From Candidatus Saccharimonadota bacterium (GTDB taxonomy: Archaea > Nanohalarchaeota > Nanosalinia > Nanosalinales > Nanosalinaceae), in assembly GCA_001761425.1 (NCBI GenBank), contig CP012986.1:30001-62000 (forward strand): a DNA stretch of 32,000 nucleotides. Reading direction: 5' to 3'. The notes under the pieces are model-generated. The model worked only from the letters and a program-made list of their open reading frames with translations, had not been told where the DNA came from and searched no databases. How positions within the stretch are numbered: the first letter of the stretch is position 1; the number at the start of each line of letters is the position of its first letter. Position numbers and translations under genes: made by a program. Below, piece after piece: positions 22,827 through 29,332 of the stretch.

Positions 22827-23057
22827 TGTTCTGTTCACCTATGTTGTTGTACAAACCTTCCACAGGAAAGACAGCTTCTGGATTCCCGACCATCAGGCCT
22901 TCAGGTAGAGAAGAGAGCATCAAACACAAGCGGTTTTTCATAGCTCTCCACCCGAAGTATCGATCCACGCACTGGAAATCCGGACAATGGATTTCAAGGC
23001 CTGAAACCGACTTCAAGCGGTCAAGGGGAAAAAACTCGGTCTTTCCCTTCAAGGTCT

Positions 23058-23094
23058 GTACCCATGAAAACGAAGCTAAACTTTAAAAGGGTGG
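23058..23094 (-). promoter_or_regulatory. promoter of the S17-to-SecY operon
   Basis: On the sense strand, CCACCCTTTTAAAG, then 8 nt, then TCGTTTTCATGG (23062-23073), then GTAC. The architecture nearly matches the L3 promoter at 29240-29276. Confidence 0.55.
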
Positions 23095-23160
23095 TTTACG
23101 TGTGGCAAGATTTTAACCCTGGCCGTATTTCATATTTGCAGATACTTGTTTCACGTGAGT

Positions 23161-23625
23161 ATGTTACAGGGTACAGGCCTTGCGGTACATGGTTACAGTA
23201 GGTATGTGGATGAGGAGGCTTTCAGAGACGCAGGCCTAGAGATAGCAGATGAAGTGCCTGTATACGGGATTGAGGCCTCACACAAATCTCAGGGCCTTAC
23301 CGGTGATTTCTATGAGGATACTTTCGGGGAGATAGAACACGGTAGAAACGGTGCGGTGGCTTCAGACGATCTTGAAGGCCTTGAAGAGCCTTTCTATGTC
23401 TTTGGAGGTCTGGTAAGTGAGTGTGTTCCCGGTGCGGTCTATTCTGTCCAGAAATCTGGTTTTGAGGCCTATGTCATGGAAGATGCATCTTTCGAGAAGG
23501 TTGAGGATGATTTCATGACCTATGATGAGATGAAGGCCTCTGACAGGGATTTTGGAGAGGTATTTGATAATCTGGGGTGGCTGGGTGTGCCGACTTTGAC
23601 TTTGGATGAGCTTGTTGAGAAATAA
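23161..23625 (+). CDS. hypothetical acidic protein; C-terminal half weakly resembles the isochorismatase/cysteine-hydrolase fold
   Basis: ATG 23161; the track uses TTG 23146. FYVFGGLVSECVPGAVYSVQKSGFEAYVMEDAS resembles the G-x-x-x-x-x-CV...G-(F/Y)-x-V-x-V-x-x-DA motif. The canonical N-terminal DxQxxF strand is not evident. Confidence 0.5.
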   Translation: MLQGTGLAVHGYSRYVDEEAFRDAGLEIADEVPVYGIEASHKSQGLTGDFYEDTFGEIEHGRNGAVASDDLEGLEEPFYVFGGLVSECVPGAVYSVQKSGFEAYVMEDASFEKVEDDFMTYDEMKASDRDFGEVFDNLGWLGVPTLTLDELVEK

Positions 23626-23666
23626 GATTTTATGAGAGAAAGTAAGAGAATATGGAGGGGAGTGTT

Positions 23667-23978
23667 CTATGCTTCGACTTCGATGTTTTTGCGGTCGAAG
23701 CCTTCGTCTTCCAGGATGTCTACGATTCTGCGGGTGTGGTCTCCCTGGAGTTCTATGTGACCTTCTTTTGCTGTTCCACCACAGGCAAGTTTGGATTTGA
23801 GTGTGGAGGCGAGGTCCTGGAGATCAACTGAGTCTTCAAGGCCTTCGATGACGGTCATTTCTTTGTTGTAGCTTCTGGAGTCGATTTTGACTGTGATTTT
23901 CTGATCCTCGCGTGCGATGCTGTCGCAGACGCAGAGGTCTTCAGGCATTCCGCATTTTGGACAAGTGGACTCTGCCAT
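23667..23978 (-). CDS. sui1: translation initiation factor aSUI1 (eIF1 homologue)
   Basis: CPKCGMPEDLCVCD zinc knuckle followed by ITVKIDSRSYNKEMTVIEGLE...LKSKLACGGTAKEGHIELQGDH. Confidence 0.9.
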   Translation of the reverse strand: MAESTCPKCGMPEDLCVCDSIAREDQKITVKIDSRSYNKEMTVIEGLEDSVDLQDLASTLKSKLACGGTAKEGHIELQGDHTRRIVDILEDEGFDRKNIEVEA

Positions 23979-23985
23979 TGAATAT

Positions 23986-24189
23986 CTATTCGGAGTTCTG
24001 TTCGTTGAGAACTGTTTTGATCCTTGCGATGGTTTTCTTCATCTCTTTGATTCTTCCCGGATTGTCTGTGAATCCTCCGACTTCTATCTGTCCTTTTTCC
24101 TGGACCAGTTCTTTCTGAAGGTCTGTTTTTCTTTCCTTGAGTTCGGATTTATCCATGTCCCGGATTTCGTCTGCTGTTAAGATTGCCAC
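23986..24189 (-). CDS. rpl29: 50S ribosomal protein L29 (uL29)
   Basis: ILTADEIRDMDKSELKERKTDLQKELVQEKGQ...GRIKEMKKTIARIKTVLNE. GTG start. Confidence 0.9.
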   Translation of the reverse strand: MAILTADEIRDMDKSELKERKTDLQKELVQEKGQIEVGGFTDNPGRIKEMKKTIARIKTVLNEQNSE

Positions 24190-24215
24190 TGTTTGATCAC
24201 TCTCGCTGGAAATTT

Positions 24216-25292
24216 TTATGCTTTCTGGCCTTCCAGCCAGTCCACGAATGTTGTCCGGTTTTTGTTGCCTTCTTCTGCTTCAAGCAGTGCGTCGAAGTCA
24301 GGGCTGTCAAGTTCCGAGATCATGTCCTTTGCGTCACTGATTGTTCCTGCGACGATCTCATCGTAGTCGATTTCGTCACTTGATTCTTCGTCTGAGGCCT
24401 CTTCCTCTTTAGACTCTTCAGATTCCTCTGGTTCGGTTTCTTCTTCCTGTTCTGTGTTCTCGTTTTCAGCTTCTTCTTCTGTTTCTTCTTGGTCAGCTAG
24501 TTCGTCTTCGTCGATCTCTTCGAATGCGTCTCTTACTTCGTCTTTGCTGATGTCTGTGTCTCCTTCTATTTCTTCAGTTCTGTCTTCGATTGCTCTTTCG
24601 AGTTCTGCAGAGGTCATGTTGTCTGCTTCTTGGATGATTTCTTCTATTGTCTCTGTCCTGTCCTGTGCCTGTTTTCCTTCTTCTGTGTGGTGGAGGATTT
24701 CTTCGCTGACGTCTACGTCTCTGTGCTTGAACTGTGGTAGTTCTTTCATGATGCGGACTTTGACACCGATTGCTCCTGGCTTTGTTCTTGCCAGTGCGTA
24801 TCCTTTCTGGACGTTGTCCTTGGAAGTGTTTCCGCATCTCTTGACGTATCCGTAGTTGAATTTTTCTGTTCTTCCACGGTTTCCGGAGAGTTTTCCTGTG
24901 ATCTCGATCTCTGCTCCGATAACTCCGGCTTCTTTCATACGTCTGAGGTATGTATAACCTACACGCTTTGCGTGGCCTCCTTTCTGAAGCCAGTCTGCGA
25001 TCGAATCTGCGACTACGTTTGCGTCTGCGTCAGGTTCATCGATCTCGTTGACCTCGATCTGAGGGTTTTCAAAATCGAATTCCTTTTCGATGTCATCTGT
25101 AAGTTCGTTGATCCTTGAGCCTCCTCTTCCGATGACGAGGCCTGGTCTCTGAGCCCAGATAACGATTTTTGTGGATGTAGGTGTTCTCTGAAGATCTGAC
25201 TTGGAGTATCCTGCACCTTCAAGCTCGTCGGCGAGGAACTCGTCAAGTCTTACCTTGCGTGCACCTTTTTCGATAAATTCTTTCTCTTGCAT
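24216..25292 (-). CDS. rps3: 30S ribosomal protein S3 (uS3) with a ~150-aa acidic C-terminal extension
   Basis: KH domain ...TKIVIWAQRPGLVIGRGGSRINELTDDIEKEF... and ...AKRVGYTYLRRMKEAGVIGAEIEITGKLSG. The tail begins near residue 200. Confidence 0.93.
   Translation of the reverse strand: MQEKEFIEKGARKVRLDEFLADELEGAGYSKSDLQRTPTSTKIVIWAQRPGLVIGRGGSRINELTDDIEKEFDFENPQIEVNEIDEPDADANVVADSIADWLQKGGHAKRVGYTYLRRMKEAGVIGAEIEITGKLSGNRGRTEKFNYGYVKRCGNTSKDNVQKGYALARTKPGAIGVKVRIMKELPQFKHRDVDVSEEILHHTEEGKQAQDRTETIEEIIQEADNMTSAELERAIEDRTEEIEGDTDISKDEVRDAFEEIDEDELADQEETEEEAENENTEQEEETEPEESEESKEEEASDEESSDEIDYDEIVAGTISDAKDMISELDSPDFDALLEAEEGNKNRTTFVDWLEGQKA
24391..24491. repeat. 101-nt module, copy B (in the uS3 tail)
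   Basis: About 93% identical to 21386-21486. A further shared 16-mer gttcgtcttcgtcgat lies at about 24501-24516 and about 21526-21541. Confidence 0.85.
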
Positions 25293-25373
25293 TACTGAAC
25301 TTCACCTTTTGCGATGTGGTTCATCTGAGAATTTCTCCTTGAAGATTTGATTTCGTTCATTAGTATCCCTCTT
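25293..25373 (-). repeat. degenerate member of the hairpin-spacer family (L22 to S3)
   Basis: Contains the SD AGGTGA (25302-25307) and imperfect GAA..TTC inverted repeats, but no perfect stems. Confidence 0.35.
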
Positions 25374-25793
25374 TTACTGTTCTCCCACTACGATTTTGAC
25401 GTGGGCTGCTTTGGTTTTTTCTCCTCTGAAGCGTCCTGGAGTTACGAATTCCTGTCCCTGGTTTGTGATGACGTTGTCTACTGCTAGTGCGCCAGGGTTG
25501 AGGCCTTCGTGTTCTGCGTTGGCCTCTGCTTCTTCCAGGACTTCGAGGATGTGTTCTGCTGCTTTTACCGGGAAACGTCCTGAGTCTCCTGCACCTGAAC
25601 GATGTCCGACGTCGCTGTCGAATTTTGTGTACGGTACCGGAAGGTCTTCCCTGATTACTTTTTCGAGCTTTCCTTTTGCTTTTTCGACTGTGTCTCCGTC
25701 GATGAAGCGGCCGATTTCTGTGGCGTCTTTCCAGGAGATCGGCATGTTTTTGCCGAAGGCCTTTGCCTGGTGTGTCTCTGTTTCTAAAGTCAT
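25374..25793 (-). CDS. rpl22: 50S ribosomal protein L22 (uL22)
   Basis: ...AKAFGKNMPISWKDATEIGRFIDGDTVEKAKGKLEKVI...GRFPVKAAEHILEVLEEAEANAEH... Confidence 0.93.
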   Translation of the reverse strand: MTLETETHQAKAFGKNMPISWKDATEIGRFIDGDTVEKAKGKLEKVIREDLPVPYTKFDSDVGHRSGAGDSGRFPVKAAEHILEVLEEAEANAEHEGLNPGALAVDNVITNQGQEFVTPGRFRGEKTKAAHVKIVVGEQ

Positions 25794-25906
25794 TGCCGAA
25801 ACTCACCTGAGTTTCTGGTAAGGCTGAAAACGAAATTCCGTGAGGAATTTCTTGGAGAAAATTCTCCGAATTTTCGAATCTCTGATTTTCGCATAATCTT
25901 ACACCT
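25794..25906 (-). repeat. expanded paired-hairpin spacer (S19 to L22) with three hairpin-A units
   Basis: On the sense strand, GAAAATC-AGA-GATTC (imperfect, 25876-25890), GAAAATTC-GGA-GAATTTTC (25857-25875) and GAAATTCC-TCAC-GGAATTTC (25832-25851). These are followed by GAAACTCA-GG-TGAGTTTC (25798-25815) and GGCA-ATG. Confidence 0.75.
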
Positions 25907-26284
25907 TTACTTGAGTGGCACGTGCTTGGAGGAGCGTGTTGCTCCGAGTCCTGGTGCACTGTGTGATACTTCTTTCCTGGTTTTTGCGAATTCTCCGAAG
26001 TAGTGGCCGATCATTTCTTCGTCGATTTCTACGGATTCGAATCCCTGTCCGTTGTAGATTTCTATTGTTGTTCCTACCATTTCTGGGAGGACGATCATGC
26101 TTCTGAGGTGTGTCTGGACTGTGTCTTTCTCTTTGATCTTTTCGAGAAGCTTTTTTTCGCTTTCTCTGAGGCCTCTGTTGAGTTTTCTTCTGCCTCTTGA
26201 GTTGAGCAGGTCTGCGAATTCGTCTCTGCTCATTTCCTGTAGTTCGTCCAGTGTTTTTCCTCTGAATGTAAAGTCGTCTGACAT
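25907..26284 (-). CDS. rps19: 30S ribosomal protein S19 (uS19)
   Basis: ...[47 protein letters not shown]... Confidence 0.95.
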   Translation of the reverse strand: MSDDFTFRGKTLDELQEMSRDEFADLLNSRGRRKLNRGLRESEKKLLEKIKEKDTVQTHLRSMIVLPEMVGTTIEIYNGQGFESVEIDEEMIGHYFGEFAKTRKEVSHSAPGLGATRSSKHVPLK

Positions 26285-26296
26285 TTTCTAGTTCAC

Positions 26297-27001
26297 CTAG
26301 TCGTTGTTCTTTTTTCCGCTTCTTTTGGCGCCTATGCTTCCAACTTTGCTTCCTGGGGAAGAGCTTTTGGAAACGGTCTTAGGCTGTCCTGGTTTTGCTG
26401 ATCCACCGAATGGGTGGGCTACTGCGTTCATGGATACGGCGGAAACTGTTGGGTATGATAGTCCACGTGCTTCTGCCTTCTTCGCTGCGTTTCCTGCCTT
26501 TACCAGTGGCTTGTCTTCTCTGCCTCCTGCAGCTACTTTTCCTACTGTTGCCCTGCATTCAGGGCTGATTTTCTTGAAGGCCTTGCTTGGCAGTCTGATC
26601 CTTACGCCGTTTTTTTCGTGTGATACGACGAATGCGTATGTTCCGGACGCTTTTACGAGCTTGCCTCCGCTGTTCGGCTGCGTTTCAATGTTATGGATCG
26701 GGACTCCTTCAGGGATTTCTCCGATTGGGAGTGTGTTTCCTTCCTTGATTTCTGCGGAGACTCCTACTTCGATTTCGTCTCCTGTGGAGAGGCCTTCTGG
26801 TGCAAGAACGTTTCTTATGTCGCCGTCTTCGAACTCTACTACTGCGACTGGTGCTGTTCTTGCTGGGTCGTGTACTATATCTTTGACTTCTCCTGTGATT
26901 TCTGCGTTCTTTGTGCGTACTCTGCCTTTTCCTTTGTGGGAACTGGCTCTGTACTTTGGAGAGGCCTTTCCTCTTTTCTGTGATCTGATTGGTCTACCCA
27001 T
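26297..27001 (-). CDS. rpl2: 50S ribosomal protein L2 (uL2)
   Basis: ...GNTLPIGEIPEGVPIHNIETQPNSGGKLVKASGTYAFVVSH... and ...MNAVAHPFGGS... Confidence 0.96.
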   Translation of the reverse strand: MGRPIRSQKRGKASPKYRASSHKGKGRVRTKNAEITGEVKDIVHDPARTAPVAVVEFEDGDIRNVLAPEGLSTGDEIEVGVSAEIKEGNTLPIGEIPEGVPIHNIETQPNSGGKLVKASGTYAFVVSHEKNGVRIRLPSKAFKKISPECRATVGKVAAGGREDKPLVKAGNAAKKAEARGLSYPTVSAVSMNAVAHPFGGSAKPGQPKTVSKSSSPGSKVGSIGAKRSGKKNND

Positions 27002-27013
27002 GTAGTATCACCT

Positions 27014-27283
27014 TTACATCATTCCCAGTTCGGTCGCTACGTCCATTGCGTCGTCACTTTCTGACAAGCGGACGTAGGCCTTTTTCTGGGCCTGTGGTGT
27101 GACGTTTGTGTTGACTTTTTTAACCGTCACATTGAACAGGGTTTCTACTGCGTCTTGGACTTCTCCTTTGTCTGCGTTGAGGTCTACTATGAGAACGATT
27201 TTGTTCTCTCTGTCGATCTGGTCCATTGCCTGTTCTGTCATGTGAGGGTTTTCGATTACATTCCATGCTTCGTCGTCGTTCAT
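27014..27283 (-). CDS. rpl23: 50S ribosomal protein L23 (uL23)
   Basis: ...ENKIVLIVDLNADKGEVQDAVETLFNVTVKKVNT... Operon position is conserved. Confidence 0.92.
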   Translation of the reverse strand: MNDDEAWNVIENPHMTEQAMDQIDRENKIVLIVDLNADKGEVQDAVETLFNVTVKKVNTNVTPQAQKKAYVRLSESDDAMDVATELGMM

Positions 27284-27349
27284 TATCGAAACTCACCTGT
27301 GAGTTTCTGGTAATCCATAAAATCTTTGATTTTGGTCATTTGGTTCCAC
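27284..27349 (-). repeat. intergenic paired-hairpin spacer (L4 to L23)
   Basis: On the sense strand, AAAATC-AAA-GATTTT (27319-27333), linker ATGGATTACCA, then GAAACTCAC-AG-GTGAGTTTC (27288-27307), then GATA-ATG. Confidence 0.75.
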
Positions 27350-28108
27350 CTAGTGGTAGAGGCCTTCCTCATCTAGTTTTTCGATTGATTTTTCGCTCCA
27401 GACTACAAGTCTGCCTGGCTCTGCTCCTGGTGCTAACTTTTCTGCGTTCAGTTGGTCGACTCTTGAAACGTCGACTCCCTGAAGGTTGTTGGCTGCCTGG
27501 AAGATTCCGTTGTCCTCTGCTACTACGAGTAGAGGCCCGGTTTTTCTGACGTATTTTCTTCCACGGTTGCGTCCTTTGCCAGCTCTTACCTTTTTCTGGC
27601 TGATTCTGTCAAGCTCGTCTTCAAGGCCTTTTTCTTCAAGTCTTTCTTTGAGTTCCTGTGTCTTTTCGATCTCTGAAAGGCCTTCTTCTACTAGTGGAAG
27701 GTCTCCTTCGTAGTTGTGTTTTTCAGAGACAAGTTCTTCCTTTGTGGTTGCCGTGATTGCTGATCTGATTGCTTTTCTGCGTTCTTTTTCGTTGATGTCT
27801 TCCTCAAAGTCTTTCTCTGCTTTCGGAGGATGTGCTCTGCGTCCGCCACGTGTGTTCGGTGCTTCTGCTCCTTCCCCAAACAGTTGCATTCCTCTTGCAG
27901 TCCTGATTTTTCGTGGGGTTCTTGCTCGGCCTTTTCCTTTTGCGCTTCTGTAGCTTCTGCGTCTTTTTCTCCATCTTACGACGTGTTTGAGACCTGCGTC
28001 TGTTTCTGATCCGTAGTCCTGTCTCTTCTTGGATTTGATGGAGAGATTGGCTCTTTTGACTATGTCAGGCCTTACTCTTTCGTTGAACTGGGTTGGTAAA
28101 TCTGTCAT
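27350..28108 (-). CDS. rpl4: 50S ribosomal protein L4 (uL4)
   Basis: 252 aa: ...RQDYGSETDAGLKHVVRWRKRRRSYRSAKGKGRARTPR...GRRAHPPKAEK... Confidence 0.93.
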   Translation of the reverse strand: MTDLPTQFNERVRPDIVKRANLSIKSKKRQDYGSETDAGLKHVVRWRKRRRSYRSAKGKGRARTPRKIRTARGMQLFGEGAEAPNTRGGRRAHPPKAEKDFEEDINEKERRKAIRSAITATTKEELVSEKHNYEGDLPLVEEGLSEIEKTQELKERLEEKGLEDELDRISQKKVRAGKGRNRGRKYVRKTGPLLVVAEDNGIFQAANNLQGVDVSRVDQLNAEKLAPGAEPGRLVVWSEKSIEKLDEEGLYH

Positions 28109-28120
28109 TATCTGGTCACC

Positions 28121-29092
28121 TTATTTTTCGATGTGTGTGATTTCTGGGTTTCCTGGGTTTTCGTCTGATCTGAGTGCTGTTCTCAGTCGGATCAGTCTTT
28201 CAGATGGTCCTGGAACACTTCCTTTAACGAGGATGTAGTTTGTCTCTACTTCTCCGTATCCGCTGAATCCTCCTTCTCTCTGGACTGTATCAGGGTTCTG
28301 AGAATGACTCATGATTCTTTTGTTGTGTTCTGTCCTGTTGTTGTATCCCTGCTGTCCTGGCAGTGGGATTCTCCAGCTTAGCTGGTCTGGATGCCATGGA
28401 CCGACGTTTCCGGCTTTTCTAACTTTTTTCTGTGTCTTGTGGTCCAGTGTCTTGATTCCGTATCTCTGGACAGGTCCTTCAACTCCTTTTCCTTTTGTGA
28501 CGCCGATGACATCGCTGTATTCTCCTTCCTCGAAGACGTCTGAGAACTCGATCTGTTTTCCGATCATCTCTTCTGCGTATTCAAGTTTTTCTTCAACTGA
28601 TCCTCCAAGGCCTAGTTCAAAGTTCGCTGGCTTTTTCTTAGAGACACCTGCTTCCTGAGGCTGGGTGTGGACAAGAAGCTTCACGTCACTGAGATCTTCG
28701 CTGTTTTCCTTCGCCTTCTCCAGGTTATCCATGTTTCCCTCTTTTGGAATGTCTGTTGCTCTCTGGAGCTCTGGTGCAGGAGATTCTGTCCAGGCCTCTG
28801 TGAAGACCTGTTTTCCTGAGTTCCTGTCCTCTGTGTAGAAACGTGCTCCGTAGACACGTAGTGGAGGAGCTTCTAGTATTGTAACTGGTTCAGCGACTTC
28901 CTGCCCCTGAGTTGCTCCTTCTGTATCGTCGATAGTGAGGACTCTGGTCATTCCGACCTTGTATCCTGCGTATCCTAGAGGTTTTAGTTCGTCTGTGTCT
29001 TCCCATGTACGTACATCTGGGTAAATCCTTTCCGCCCTTGTCTTGGGCTTGAATCCCAGTGATCCGCTTCTTGATCTATTCTTGTCTGCCAT
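28121..29092 (-). CDS. rpl3: 50S ribosomal protein L3 (uL3)
   Basis: MADKNRSRSGSLGFKPKTRAERIYP...GYKVGMTRV...GVTKGKGVEGPVQRYG... I moved the start to ATG 29092. The 38 upstream codons of the track ORF lie in the leader. Confidence 0.93.
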   Translation of the reverse strand: MADKNRSRSGSLGFKPKTRAERIYPDVRTWEDTDELKPLGYAGYKVGMTRVLTIDDTEGATQGQEVAEPVTILEAPPLRVYGARFYTEDRNSGKQVFTEAWTESPAPELQRATDIPKEGNMDNLEKAKENSEDLSDVKLLVHTQPQEAGVSKKKPANFELGLGGSVEEKLEYAEEMIGKQIEFSDVFEEGEYSDVIGVTKGKGVEGPVQRYGIKTLDHKTQKKVRKAGNVGPWHPDQLSWRIPLPGQQGYNNRTEHNKRIMSHSQNPDTVQREGGFSGYGEVETNYILVKGSVPGPSERLIRLRTALRSDENPGNPEITHIEK

Positions 29093-29239
29093 TGTAATCG
29101 TTTCTCCTATAGGCCTCAAAAATAGAGGCATAGATGTGTTAAAGCTTTCAATAATCCAGTTGAATCTAGTCGATGAAAGCTCTCTCACCAGAGGCCCACT
29201 CCACAAGAGTCGGCTTGTCCCCTCAAGAAAACTCGAAGG

Positions 29240-29276
29240 GTAACCATGAAAACGAGACCAAGTTTTAAATAAGGGG
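29240..29276 (-). promoter_or_regulatory. promoter of the L3-to-SUI1 operon
   Basis: On the sense strand, CCCCTTATTTAAAAC, then 7 nt, then TCGTTTTCATGG (29244-29255), then TTAC. The implied 5' leader to the L3 ATG is about 150 nt. Confidence 0.55.
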
Positions 29277-29332
29277 TGACAGGTAGGTGAGAAAACTACA
29301 CTGTAATATAATGGGAAAAGGAGGAAAGAGGT

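Noticed and set aside
22810-23052. 80-codon TTG-initiated ORF in the slot where Rpp29 (rnp1) normally sits upstream of rps17.
   Set aside because: No similarity to the Rpp29 Sm-like core (no ..GL.V.V..S.....G..G.V..ET.. pattern). It is non-acidic and Cys/Trp-containing, and its putative start lies inside a leader hairpin. I treat it as non-coding leader; an HMM search could overturn this.
22839-23060. RNase P RNA or another large ncRNA in the S17 leader (GGGAAAGACC resembles the CR-I sequence GGAAAGUCC).
   Set aside because: Only one imperfect CR-I-like match, no CR-IV or CR-V counterparts, and the region is too short and runs directly into rps17.
23040-23066. Short uORFs beginning at the ATG inside the conserved TCGTTTTCATGG block of both ribosomal-protein promoters: MGTDLEGKDRVFSP at the S17 leader and MVTLRVFLRGQADSCGVGLW at the L3 leader.
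   Set aside because: The ATG lies only about 23 nt from the start of the TATA box, so it is probably upstream of or at the transcription start site. The two peptides are unrelated. The conservation is better explained as a promoter or initiator element.
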